This document shows positions 50,823 through 64,000 of a stretch of 64,000 nt of DNA, piece after piece. The first letter of the stretch is position 1. The number at the start of each line of letters is the position of its first letter. This DNA is from Chrysomallon squamiferum (lineage: Eukaryota > Animalia > Mollusca): assembly GCA_012295275.1 (NCBI GenBank), contig CM022670.1, forward strand, positions 42,336,081 to 42,400,080, given 5' to 3'. A program made the position numbers and the translations under genes. A model generated the notes under the pieces. That model ran no database searches, was not told the origin of the DNA, and worked only from the letters and a program-made list of their open reading frames with translations.

Positions 50823-51861
50823 CGCAGTGAAAATGAAACTGTTTACTACAACAACAACAACAACAACAACAGTAGTAATGAAAGTAATAATAAATGATAT
50901 TGTGCGTAATTTAAATAATAACTTTTAACTGTTTATATTTAACATAAAATAATTTTAATTATGTCTGTAATGAAGAAAAAAGAGTAATAAATTGTAATTA
51001 ATGTGTAGTTTGTTGTATTATTATAATGAGTTGACATTATAACTGACATCTAACTGGTGCTACAGCAACAATAACAATAAATAAATAAATCAAATTAAAA
51101 AGTTACAAAATAAAAATAATAAAAAATCAACTGGTGTTAGAATGTTACAGATAAACGTTCATCGTGATTAGGAAGAAAGGGTAAAATATTTTACAGAATG
51201 TCACATTAAGGCCTGCTGAGCTCTCTTCAGTTTAACTTATGTAACAATTTACTGCTTCAGCCTCTAAGTACAGGATGCGTGTCTGTGTGTGAGTGTCCAT
51301 GTTTTTTTCAGTACTGAGTTTCAGTGTATGTGTGTGTATGTATCTGTGTGTCTGTGTGTATGAGTATGTATGTATGTGTGTGTAAATAATTGAAAGATAG
51401 TGTACATGTGAAATAATTAAAACACGTTTTACAGTTTGCAAAATCCGTTCCATTCCTTTGACTCAAACGTCGCATCTTTCGAACGTGCCGACCAAGACGA
51501 CGGGTTCGAGTCGATTCCTACTCTCCACTACGCTGGAATCTTTTTCTACCGATTGTAATCTTACACGATGTTATATATATAGCTACTGGAAAAACCCGCC
51601 TGGGCATTTTATAACCTGGGATATGGGTGACCACCACTGTGTCTTCCGTCCCCAGTATTCGTTCAGAACTGCAATATCCAGGTGTGTGGTAGAGAAATGG
51701 TAATAATGTTGGTAACACATTATAGTAGTGTTGTCGTTCCTTTAACTGCTGTGGTAGTGGCAGTTGTCATCTTAGTAGTAGTAATGTACAGTGTTCACAG
51801 GTCGCCTAAAACTGACGTTATTTATTTATTTATTTACAGTTATATTAGCTTTTTTTGAAAC

Positions 51862-51913
<52 letters not shown>

Positions 51914-52164
51914 TCTTTATAATTTCACTGAATTTAAACTACAATATTTTTATATCTTTTTTATTTATTTACTTTTGAATGGTTTCATTTTTAGGTCAGT
52001 TTAGTCAGTTCTCTTGTGTACAGTTAAGATTATCTATTTCTGTTTTACAGCAATAATTTTATAAAAATAAACTGTGATATATTTAGAAATTTGATTATTT
52101 CGGATGAATGACAGAATAATTTTAGCTAATTTACAGCAGCAAGATTAAAAGAAGCCATTTGTCA

Positions 52165-52203
<39 letters not shown>

Positions 52204-52214
52204 CATATACAAGT

Positions 52215-54167
52215 TATCACGGTGTCTAGTCTGAGTGGTATTGATACCTAAAATGTGGCTCCTTCCGTCAAAAGGGTAGCAGACTATAATAGCGTCACGT
52301 GACAAGGTGTTAATTATCTGAGACATCTTAAACTACTAAGAAAAACTATTCTCTATTCACTAGAGAACAATAACACAAACAAGAATTCAGTATGGATAAT
52401 TGTATATAAATTAACCATCAAGAGTAACATATAGTTTAATCGTACGATTCGAACGATAAAATATAAAGGCAAATAGCGTTGATAGATAACTCTAAGCTAA
52501 TTAAGTCCAATTGGTTACTGTAACGTTTTAACTAATCTTTTAGTTATTAACAGACGTTATCTTAGTTTTTAAGAGTAAGTACGTTCCACAGAATAACACA
52601 ATAACATATCCAGCAGTAACAGATTTATCTATCTCAATCAAACAACATATATGTTACATACAAAAAACATTAAAGCATATCTACCATTGCCTGAGTGGTC
52701 CTTTGTCTTGCGCAGACGGCCCTCTGACAAGTTTCTCAAGAGGTTGTAGGAAAGAAAGAAACAGGAAAGAAAGAAACTGAAAAAAGTAGCAGGAAAAAAA
52801 GAAACGGAAAGAAAGAAACAGTACATTTTCACTAAAATTCCTATTTTAAACATGTTAAAGGTATTAAAACTTATTTTTTGTGCCAAACTAATATTTTTAA
52901 TGCTTCATAAATATTCCATCATAAATATGCACGTCTTTCACCCATTAATTATCCTTCCCCAACTGATAATCCATATGTTTCACCATAAACACTAACCATA
53001 ACCCTTTCCAACTTAAGGGACTACCATTCCTCAGAATCATTAGTGCCATCATTAGAATAAATATCACAAATATATGAATACAATTGCTATGGAGGTCATC
53101 AAGAGACAGAAAGGTGGATAAAAAATGTGTTATCATGGCCACATTTATACCAAGTTAGTTACTAGAAAGAAGAAGATTTGGTGGAAGTGCTCCAAGAAAG
53201 TCAGTCTTGGTATGTATAAGGTTGCATATATTGTATATGATTTTATTTATAGTTTATATTTCTGAAATGCTCGGACCAGATGTGCAGGCACGCCTACCAC
53301 TCGAGGACAACACCAAGCGCAGTTTACGCAACCAAACGCAAGACTCCTCCAGTACCACAGCACCTGTCTGAGATGATACTACCAGATGAGTGGCAGAAGA
53401 CCATTGACCCTTATTCAGAGCCATTCCAACTCTACGACACAGGACCAGAGGCTATTAGCAGAATCATCGTCTTTAGTACACAACTGGGACTCAGACGCCT
53501 AGCCACTGCGACTAACATCTTCAAGGATGGCAACTTCTCCATGGCTCCAGCTCAGTTCTCCCAGGTTTATGTGCTTCGTGTTCCTTTCCGTGACGTTGGA
53601 ATGACATGTATTTCTTTTTTTCCTAGCCAAAATTGTTTCTTTCTTTCCGTTTACCGTCTCAAGAAGGCACACCGATCAAAAGATCTCGGTTAAAAAGCTC
53701 GTCGAATATTTATAGACAACGCGCGGGTATTCAGTAAACACCTCTGCAGACAGCCTTTCTGAATATTCTTTGCAACTTAAATGCCAATTTTGAGTTTGTT
53801 AATCCCAGTGTTTCTTAAGTTATAAAATAATGGAACTTCCCCTAATTATATAATACAACTTCTAAACAACCCATGGACGTCTGCATACGCTCTGGTATTT
53901 ACTTTTTGTGTACTTACCCTCATTTTCTGACATTAATTTGGTAAACATTTAAGAACTGTAAAAAAATGAATTATAGACATGATTATACAAGATAGCTAAA
54001 TACATATAACAGTAATATAATAACATAAAATGTAGCAGACATTGTGGTTTAAAGTGGCATATAAAAATAAGTTTTTTTTAAAAAATATTATATAATTCAC
54101 TACATAGAATACAGAATTATGAATAAAAACAAGCCTAGCAAAGAGGCACTAATGATGTTCTATCACA
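52215..54167. mobile_element. Unclassified dispersed repeat, copy B (interrupted by a MULE)
   Basis: Collinear with 30408-31982 on both sides of the insertion. Confidence 0.7.
52742..53655 (+). mobile_element. Internally deleted Mutator-like element with a transposase fragment
   Basis: TIRs GGTTGTAGGAAAGAAAGAAACA / TGTTTCTTTCTTTCCGTTTACC; 9-bp TSD TTCTCAAGA / GTCTCAAGA; ORF 53280-53693 has RIIVFST...DGNFSMAPAQFSQVY (MULE DGTF..P..F.Q.Y motif). Confidence 0.88.
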
Positions 54168-54770
54168 CATGTGTCGGTTTTTCCAGTCATTTTCTATTTT
54201 CATTTAAAATAAATATTTTTGACATCATATAAAAAATTGTTTCAATTAAAACATTAAAAGATGTGGCTTAAAAGTGAATGGAAAGCAGTAAGAAATCAAT
54301 GGACAAGCAAATCATTTTCATTTACGTCATGTAGTTTTTCTTTTTAAATTTTGATGTTATTGTTATGTTTATTAATACTGGTCACTATTTCTGGTATTAT
54401 TCAGGATAAACAAAGATAGATAGATAGATAGAAAGAAAAATATATAGGTAAGTAGTTAGATAAATAGATAAATAGACAGAGACAATGCTAAGTATGAAGT
54501 TTGTATTCAGATAGGTTAGTAAGTGGAGATATAGCTCTGTTAGAGGGATGGGTAGATAAGTAGTTTGGCAGACAGTGAGACAGAGAGACAGAGGGAGACA
54601 TAGGTAAACATATACAAACATAGATAATGAGGTAGATAGCAAATTAAACTCTGTATCACTGAGTGCCAGTCTATCCATAGGTTATGAACTCACTTTATGT
54701 TTCCATCACTCTCTCTGTCAGATATCAAAATATTTCAAAACACATATACAAGCACGATCTCAGTCACATC

Positions 54771-54801
<31 letters not shown>

Positions 54802-55246
54802 CCCCCCACACACATATATATATACTCACACAACACACACACAGTCTTGTATATATTGAGGGGTTAGAGCCAGAAGGTCTTAAGTATGTATGTATGTATG
54901 TATGTAATTATCTATCCCTCTCTCAAAAATGCATACCTATGGACACTCTCCCATACATATCATATGCCCATTCTCTCTCTTGAACAACCAAACATAAAAA
55001 CTCATCCTTACTTACACATACACATGTATATATCCAGTTCCCATCACATTCCCACAGATAACTGTCTGTATAATATACTCTTACTGATAAATTCATGTAT
55101 TCTTTCCCATCTCTGTCTATCTATCTGTCCATCATCTGTGTGTCCATCTATCTCTCTTTACCTCATTTGCACTATCCTACACTGTCTGTCTAACCATCCA
55201 TCCATCCATCCATGTATCATTCTGTCTCTTCCTTTCATTCTTATTT

Positions 55247-55321
<75 letters not shown>

Positions 55322-56074
55322 TAGAAAAATATAAACACAGATACAGATATGTGCCTATGCACTTATCTATCTTTTATCTATATATAACTATTAGTTTCTT
55401 TATAATGACAACCACAGTAATAATAATTAACTAATAAATAAATAAATAAATAAATAAATTTATTAATCAATTAATGAAAAATAAATAAAATAACTTTGGT
55501 CAGTTTAATATATACAGTGAACAATTTACATTCAAGAAATTTCAGATGTCAGTAATTTTCCTTCGTCTCTTCTGAGTCTTTATTTATTTATTTGAAACCA
55601 TCTTTTCTTTGTGTATTGTTTTTTAATTATAATTATTTTTGAGGATTAGGTTACTAAACACTCAGTTTATTTTGTGTCTTTACAGAGCAATTAAATAGAG
55701 TTACTTCCCTTACACCATACATTTACGAAGTAGATTAATCTCGCGTGTGCTATGTCTAGGTAATTAACTACTTTTACTAAAAGTTTCAGATGAAAACAGC
55801 TAATTCTATTAAATGTTTTATAGCAAAATATTCCAGCCGTTTCAGTTTGTTAACATTTACTAGTCTTAAATAAACTGTTTCCGTTATTTGTTGGTTATTT
55901 AATTTATTATTATTACTTTATGAGATACCGTAAAATGCCTCTTTCATTTATTTTATTATTTATTAAATCATTATTATTACTATTATTATTTATTTTCTGA
56001 TTATTTATTTCAATTTTTATTTGTCCTTAAGCACATAGAATGAAGATACAACATTGCTTATTAATTTTCCCTTC

Positions 56075-56133
56075 TTAGGGTTAAGGTTAGGGTTAGGGTT
56101 AGGGTTAGGGTTAGAATTAGGGTTTTGGTTAGG

Positions 56134-56187
<54 letters not shown>

Positions 56188-56230
56188 GGTTTTGGTAAGG
56201 GTTAGGGCTAGGGTTAGGGTTAGGTTAGGG

Positions 56231-56265
<35 letters not shown>

Positions 56266-56285
56266 AGTTAGGGTTAGGGTTAGGG
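56075..56285 (+). repeat. Telomere-type (TTAGGG)n tract, ~33 units with variants
   Basis: Direct observation; variants include TTTAGGG, TTAGG, CTAGGG and TTAGAG. Confidence 0.97.
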
Positions 56286-59200
56286 AAAAATATTTCAAAG
56301 TGTTCAAAAGGTGCGTTCAAAACAAAACTTGAAAACATTCCATTTTGAAAAATTGGAAATCCGTGTGGCATTATTCCGTGTGGTCGGTAAAAATATTTCA
56401 ACGTGTGCAAAAGGTGCGCGCCGTCGGGGCGAGTGTGGCAAAAACGTTTCCAACATTTACCAAAGGTGCTGCACCTTTTGAAAATGCGTTTGAAAAAAAA
56501 ACGAGCAAATTTTCAAAAACATGTGCGTTTTTTGTGCACGTGTCGGAAACGAGTTGTTCCCTTCGGGTGGGGCGTGCGGCACTTTTAACCGGTGTCGGGC
56601 AACCCTTGCCCCACATTTGGGTATGTGCGCCCGATTTTTCCCACGTGATCGGAAAATGTTATTGCACTTTGAAAAAGGTACCCCTAGCATTTTCAACGAA
56701 ACTTGAAAAATTCGATTTTCAAAAGTTGAAAATCCGTGTGGCACTGTTCCGTTTGGTCGGGAAAAATATTTCGACGTGTGCAAAACGTGCGCGCCGTCGG
56801 GGCGAGTGTGGCAAAAACGTTTCCAACATTTACCAAAGGTGCTGCACCTTTTGAAAATGCGTTTGAAAAAAAATCGAGCAAATTTTCAAAAACGTGCGTT
56901 TTTTGTGCACGTGTCGGAAACGAGTTGTTCCCCTTGGGTGGGGCGTGCGGCACTTTTGACCCGTGTCGGGCAACCCTTGCCCCACTTTTGGGTATGTGCG
57001 CCCGATTTTTCCCACGTGCTCGGAAAAAGTTATTGCACTTTGAAAAAGGTACCCCTAGCATTTTCAACGAAACTTGAAAAATTTCGATTTTCAAAAGTTG
57101 AAAATCCGTGTGGCACTGTTCCGTTTGGTCGGGAAAAATATTTCGACGTGTGCAAAACGTGCGCGCCGTCGGGGCGAGTGTGGGAAAAACGTTTCCAACA
57201 TTTACCAAAGGTGCTGCACCTTTTGAAAATGCGTTTGAAAAAAAAATCGAGCAAATTTTCAAAAACATGTGCGTTTTTTGTGCACGTGTCGGAAACGAGT
57301 TGTTCCCCTTGGGTGGGGCGTGCGGCACTTTTGACCCGTGTCGGGCAACCCTTGCCCCACTTTTGGGTATGTGCGCCCGATTTTTCCCACCTGCTCGGAA
57401 AAAGTTATTGCACTTTGAAAAAGGTACCCCTAGCATTTTCAACGAAACTTGAAAAATTCGATTTTCAAAAGTTGAAAATCCGTGTGGCACTGTTCCGTTT
57501 GGTCGTGAAAAATATTTCGACGTGTGCAAAACGTGCGCGCCGTCGGGGCGAGTGTGGTAAAAACGTTTCCAACATTTACCAAAGGTGCTGCACCTTTTGA
57601 AAATGCGTTTGAAAAAAAATCGAGCAAATTTTCAAAAACATGTGCGTTTTTTGTGCACGTGTCGGAAACGAGTTGTTCCCCTTGGGTGGGGCGTGCGGCA
57701 CTTTTGACCCGTGTCGGGCAACCCTTGCCCCACTTTTGGGTATGTGCGCCCGATTTTTCCCACGTGCTCGGAAAAAGTTATTGCACTTTGAAAAAGGTAC
57801 CCCTAGCATTTTCAACGAAACTTGAAAAATTTCGATTTTCAAAAGTTGAAAATCCGTGTGGCACTGTTCCGTTTGGTCGGGAAAAATATTTCGACGTGTG
57901 CAAAACGTGCGCGCCGTCGGGGCGAGTGTGGCAAAAACGTTTCCAACATTTACCAAAGGTGCTGCACCTTTTGAAAATGCGTTTGAAAAAAAATCGAGCA
58001 AATTTTCAAAAACATGTGCGTTTTTTGTGCACGTGTCGGAAACGAGTTGTTCCCCTTGGGTGGGGCGTGCGGCACTTTTGACCCGTGTCGGGCAACCCTT
58101 GCCCCACTTTTGGGTATGTGCGCCCGATTTTTCCCACGTGCTCGGAAAAAGTTATTGCACTTTGAAAAAGGTACCCCTAGCATTTTCAACGAAACTTGAA
58201 AAATTTCGATTTTCAAAAGTTGAAAATCCGTGTGGCACTGTTCCGTTTGGTCGGGAAAAATATTTCGACGTGTGCAAAACGTGCGCGCCGTCGGGGCGAG
58301 TGTGGCAAAAACGTTTCCAACATTTACCAAAGGTGCTGCACCTTTTGAAAATGCGTTTGAAAAAAATCGAGCAAATTTTCAAAAACATGTGCGTTTTTTG
58401 TGCACGTGTCGGAAACGAGTTGTTCCCCTTGGGTGGGGCGTGCGGCACTTTTGACCCGTGTCGGGCAACCCTTGCCCCACTTTTGGGTATGTGCGCCCGA
58501 TTTTTCCCACGTGCTCGGAAAAAGTTATTGCACTTTGAAAAAGGTACCCCTAGCATTTTCAACGAAACTTGAAAAATTTCGATTTTCAAAAGTTGAAAAT
58601 CCGTGTGGCACTGTTCCGTTTGGTCGGGAAAAATATTTCGACGTGTGCAAAACGTGCGCGCCGTCGGGGCGAGTGTGGCAAAAACGTTTCCAACATTTAC
58701 CAAAGGTGCTGCACCTTTTGAAAATGCGTTTGAAAAAAAATCGAGCAAATTTTCAAAAACATGTGCGTTTTTTGTGCACGTGTCGGAAACGAGTTGTTCC
58801 CCCCTTGGGTGGGGCGTGCGGCACTTTTGACCCGTGTCGGGCAACCCTTGCCCCACTTTTTGGGTATGTGCGCCCGATTTTTCCCACGTGCTCGGAAAAA
58901 GTTATTGCACTTTGAAAAAGGTACCCCTAGCATTTTCAACGAAACTTGAAAAATTTCGATTTTCAAAAGTTGAAAATCCGTGTGGCACTGTTCCGTTTGG
59001 TCGGGAAAAATATTTCGACGTGTGCAAAACGTGCGCGCCGTCGGGGCGAGTGTGGCAAAAACGTTTCCAACATTTACCAAAGGTGCTGCACCTTTTGAAA
59101 ATGCGTTTGAAAAAATCGAGCAAATTTTCAAAAACATGTGCGTTTTTTGTGCACGTGTCGGAAACGAGTTGTTCCCCTTGGGTGGGGCGTGCGGCACTTT

Positions 59201-62200
59201 TGACCCGTGTCGGGCAACCCTTGCCCCACTTTTGGGTATGTGCGCCCGATTTTTCCCACGTGCTCGGAAAAAGTTATTGCACTTTGAAAAAGGTACCCCT
59301 AGCATTTTCAACGAAACTTGAAAAATTCGATTTTCAAAAGTTGAAAATCCGTGTGGCACTGTTCCGTTTGGTCGGGAAAAATATTTCGACGTGTGCAAAA
59401 CGTGCGCGCCGTCGGGGCGAGTGTGGCAAAAAAAACGTTTCCAACATTTACCAAAGGTGCTGCACCTTTTGAAAATGCGTTTGAAAAAAATCGAGCAAAT
59501 TTTCAAAAACATGTGCGTTTTTTTGTGCACGTGTCGGAAACGAGTTGTTCCCCTTGGGTGGGGCGTGCGGCACTTTTGACCCGTGTCGGGCAACCCTTGC
59601 CCCACTTTTGGGTATGTGCGCCCGATTTTTCCCACGTGCTCGGAAAAAGTTATTGCACTTTGAAAAAGGTACCCCTAGCATTTTCAACGAAACTTGAAAA
59701 ATTTCGATTTTCAAAAGTTGAAAATCCGTGTGGCACTGTTCCGTTTGGTCGGGAAAAATATTTCGACGTGTGCAAAACGTGCGCGCCGTCGGGGCGAGTG
59801 TGGCAAAAACGTTTCCAACATTTACCAAAGGTGCTGCACCTTTTGAAAATGCGTTTGAAAAAAATCGAGCAAATTTTCAAAACATGTGCGTTTTTTGTGC
59901 ACGTGTCGGAAACGAGTTGTTCCCCTTGGGTGGGGCGTGCGGCACTTTTGACCCGTGTCGGGCAACCCTTGCCCCACTTTTGGGTATGTGCGCCCGATTT
60001 TTCCCACGTGCTCGGAAAAAGTTATTGCACTTTGAAAAAGGTACCCCTAGCATTTTCAACGAAACTTGAAAAATTTCGATTTTCAAAAGTTGAAAATCCG
60101 TGTGGCACTGTTCCGTTTGGTCGGGAAAAATATTTCGACGTGTGCAAAACGTGCGCGCCGTCGGGGCGAGTGTGGCAAAAACGTTTCCAACATTTACCAA
60201 AGGTGCTGCACCTTTTGAAAATGCGTTTGAAAAAAAATCGAGCAAATTTTCAAAAACATGTGCGTTTTTTGCACGTGTCGGAAACGAGTTGTTCCCCTTG
60301 GGTGGGGCGTGCGGCACTTTTGACCCGTGTCGGGCAACCCTTGCCCCACTTTTGGGTATGTGCGCCCGATTTTTCCCACGTGCTCGGAAAAAGTTATTGC
60401 ACTTTGAAAAAGGTACCCCTAGCATTTTCAACGAAACTTGAAAAATTTCGATTTTCAAAAGTTGAAAATCCGTGTGGCACTGTTCCGTTTGGTCGGGAAA
60501 AATATTTCGACGTGTGCAAAACGTGCGCGCCGTCGGGGCGAGTGTGGCAAAAACGTTTCCAACATTTACCAAAGGTGCTGCACCTTTTGAAAATGCGTTT
60601 GAAAAAAAATCGAGCAAATTTTCAAAAACATGTGCGTTTTTTGTGCACGTGTCGGAAACGAGTTGTTCCCCTTGGGTGGGGCGTGCGGCACTTTTGACCC
60701 GTGTCGGGCAACCCTTGCCCCACTTTTGGGTATGTGCGCCCGATTTTTCCCACGTGCTCGGAAAAAGTTATTGCACTTTGAAAAAGGTACCCCTAGCATT
60801 TTCAACGAAACTTGAAAAATTTCGATTTTCAAAGTTGAAAATCCGTGTGGCACTGTTCCGTTTGGTCGGGAAAAATATTTCGACGTGTGCAAAACGTGCG
60901 CGCCGTCGGGGCGAGTGTGGCAAAAACGTTTCCAACATTTACCAAAGGTGCTGCACCTTTTGAAAATGCGTTTGAAAAAAAAATCGAGCAAATTTTCAAA
61001 AACATGTGCGTTTTTTGTGCACGTGTCGGAAACGAGTTGTTCCCCTTGGGTGGGGCGTGCGGCACTTTTGACCCGTGTCGGGCAACCCTTGCCCCACTTT
61101 TGGGTATGTGCGCCCGATTTTTCCCACGTGCTCGGAAAAAGTTATTGCACTTTGAAAAAGGTACCCCTAGCATTTTCAACGAAACTTGAAAAATTTCGAT
61201 TTTCAAAAGTTGAAAATCCGTGTGGCACTGTTCCGTTTGGTCGGGAAAAATATTTCGACGTGTGCAAAACGTGCGCGCCGTCGGGGCGAGTGTGGCAAAA
61301 ACGTTTCCAACATTTACCAAAGGTGCTGCACCTTTTGAAAATGCGTTTGAAAAAAAAATCGAGCAAATTTTCAAAACATGTGCGTTTTTGTGCACGTGTC
61401 GGAAACGAGTTGTTCCCCTTGGGTGGGGCGTGCGGCACTTTTGACCCGTGTCGGGCAACCCTTGCCCCACTTTTGGGTATGTGCGCCCGATTTTCCCACG
61501 TGCTCGGAAAAAGTTATTGCACTTTGAAAAAGTACCCCTAGCATTTTCAACGAAACTTGAAAAATTTCGATTTTCAAAAGTTGAAAATCCGTGTGGCACT
61601 GTTCCGTTTGGTCGGGAAAAATATTTCGACGTGTGCAAAACGTGCGCGCCGTCGGGGCGAGTGTGGCAAAAACGTTTCCAACATTTACCAAAGGTGCTGC
61701 ACCTTTTGAAAATGCGTTTGAAAAAAATCGAGCAAATTTTCAAAAACATGTGCGTTTTTTCTGCACGTGTCGGAAACGAGTTGTTCCCCTTGGGTGGGGC
61801 GTGCGGCACTTTTGACCCGTGTCGGGCAACCCTTGCCCACTTTTTTGGGTATGTGCGCCCGATTTTTCCCGTGCTCGGAAAAAAGTTATTGCACTTTGAA
61901 AAAGGTACCCCTAGCATTTTCAACGAAACTTGAAAAATTTCGATTTTCAAAGTTGAAAATCCGTGTGGCACTGTTCCGTTTGGTCGGGAAAAATATTTCG
62001 ACGTGTGCAAAACGTGCGCGCCGTCGGGGCGAGTGTGGCAAAAACGTTTCCAACATTTACCAAAGGTGCTGCACCTTTTGAAAATGCGTTTGAAAAAAAT
62101 CGAGCAAATTTTCAAAACATGTGCGTTTTTTGTGCACGTGTCGGAAACGAGTTGTTCCCCTTGGGTGGGGCGTGCGGCACTTTTGACCCGTGTCGGGCAA

Positions 62201-64000
62201 CCCTTGCCCCACTTTTGGGTATGTGCGCCCGATTTTTCCCACGTGCTCGGAAAAAGTTATTGCACTTTGAAAAAGGTACCCCTAGCATTTTCAACGAAAC
62301 TTGAAAAATTCGATTTTCAAAAGTTGAAAATCCGTGTGGCACTGTTCCGTTTGGTCGGGAAAAATATTTCGACGTGTGCAAAACGTGCGCGCCGTCGGGG
62401 CGAGTGTGGCAAAAACGTTTCCAACATTTACCAAAGGTGCTGCACCTTTTGAAAATGCGTTTGAAAAAAAAATCGAGCAAATTTTCAAAAACATGTGCGT
62501 TTTTTGTGCACGTGTCGGAAACGAGTTGTTCCCCTTGGGTGGGGGCGTGCGGCACTTTTGACCCGTGTCGGGCAACCCTTGCCCCACTTTTGGGTATGTG
62601 CGCCCGATTTTTCCCACGTGCTCGGAAAAAGTTATTGCACTTTGAAAAAGGTACCCCTAGCATTTTCAACGAAACTTGAAAAATTTCGATTTTCAAAAGT
62701 TGAAAATCCGTGTGGCACTGTTCCGTTTGGTCGGGAAAAATATTTCGACGTGTGCAAAACGTGCGCGCCGTCGGGGCGAGTGTGGCAAAAACGTTTCCAA
62801 CATTTACCAAAGGTGCTGCACCTTTTGAAAATGCGTTTGAAAAAAATCGAGCAAATTTTCAAAAACATGTGCGTTTTTTGTGCACGTGTCGGAAACGAGT
62901 TGTTCCCCTTGGGTGGGGCGTGCGGCACTTTTGACCCGTGTCGGGCAACCCTTGCCCCACTTTTGGGTATGTGCGCCCGATTTTTCCCACGTGCTCGGAA
63001 AAAGTTATTGCACTTTGAAAAAGGTACCCCTAGCATTTTCAACGAAACTTGAAAAATTTCGATTTTCAAAAGTTGAAAATCCGTGTGGCACTGTTCCGTT
63101 TGGTCGGGAAAAATATTTCGACGTGTGCAAAACGTGCGCGCCGTCGGGGCGAGTGTGGCAAAAACGTTTCCAACATTTACCAAAGGTGCTGCACCTTTTG
63201 AAAATGCGTTTGAAAAAAAAATCGAGCAAATTTTCAAAAACATGTGCGTTTTTTGTGCACGTGTCGGAAACGAGTTGTTCCCCTTGGGTGGGGCGTGCGG
63301 CACTTTTGACCCGTGTCGGGCAACCCTTGCCCCACTTTTGGGTATGTGCGCCCGATTTTTCCCACGTGCTCGGAAAAGTTATTGCACTTTGAAAAAGGTA
63401 CCCCTAGCATTTTCAACGAAACTTGAAAAATTTCGATTTTCAAAAGTTGAAAATCCGTGTGGCACTGTTCCGTTTGGTCGGGAAAAATATTTCGACGTGT
63501 GCAAAACGTGCGCGCCGTCGGGGCGAGTGTGGCAAAAACGTTTCCAACATTTACCAAAGGTGCTGCACCTTTTGAAAATGCGTTTGAAAAAAAATCGAGC
63601 AAATTTTCAAAAACATGTGCGTTTTTTGTGCACGTGTCGGAAACGAGTTGTTCCCCTTGGGTGGGGCGTGCGGCACTTTTGACCCGTGTCGGGCAACCCT
63701 TGCCCCACTTTTGGGTATGTGCGCCCGATTTTTCCCACGTGCTCGGAAAAAGTTATTGCACTTTGAAAAAGGTACCCCTAGCATTTTCAACGAAACTTGA
63801 AAAATTTCGATTTTCAAAAGTTGAAAATCCGTGTGGCACTGTTCCGTTTGGTCGGGAAAAATATTTCGACGTGTGCAAAACGTGCGCGCCGTCGGGGCGA
63901 GTGTGGCAAAAACGTTTCCAACATTTACCAAAGGTGCTGCACCTTTTGAAAATGCGTTTGAAAAAAAATCGAGCAAATTTTCAAAACATGTGCGTTTTTG
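56286..64000. repeat. GC-rich satellite DNA, ~374-bp monomer, over 20 copies, continuing past the window end
   Basis: One GGTACC per monomer (~56677, 57048, 57423, 57796, 58170, 58544...). Monomers are nearly identical except for homopolymer lengths; the first monomer is more diverged. Confidence 0.98.

Noticed and set aside
51490-51525. GGTTCGAGTC B-box-like motif suggesting a tRNA
   Set aside because: No cloverleaf, acceptor stem or A-box could be built.
56345-63976. Dozens of overlapping ORFs up to 448 aa
   Set aside because: They are translations of a stop-poor satellite in all frames, with frames shifting at homopolymer indels.

Overview
AT-rich animal genomic DNA, probably a mollusc or other lophotrochozoan (inferred from gene content, repeat style and TTAGGG telomere motif). 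The first ~56 kb is gene-rich. It holds the 3' exons of an acyl-protein thioesterase (LYPLA1/2-like), a tandem segmental duplication with two small N-myristoylation-motif TIR-only genes resembling TICAM2/TRAM, TBPL1 (TLF/TRF2), SF3B5 head-to-head with RCC1, two divergent intronless PAQR membrane-progestin-receptor genes and a single-exon ankyrin-repeat gene. It is interspersed with DNA-transposon remnants (hAT MITEs, two MULEs, a pogo-like element) and many minisatellites, several of which grew out of exon-intron junctions. The gene-rich part ends at a degenerate (TTAGGG)n tract fused to a homogeneous GC-rich ~374-bp satellite that runs off the window. Best novelty candidate: the TRAM-like TIR adaptor pair, nearly identical in the promoter, intron and N-terminal exon but only ~64% identical in the TIR domain. 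All alignments were done by eye; no database searches were run.
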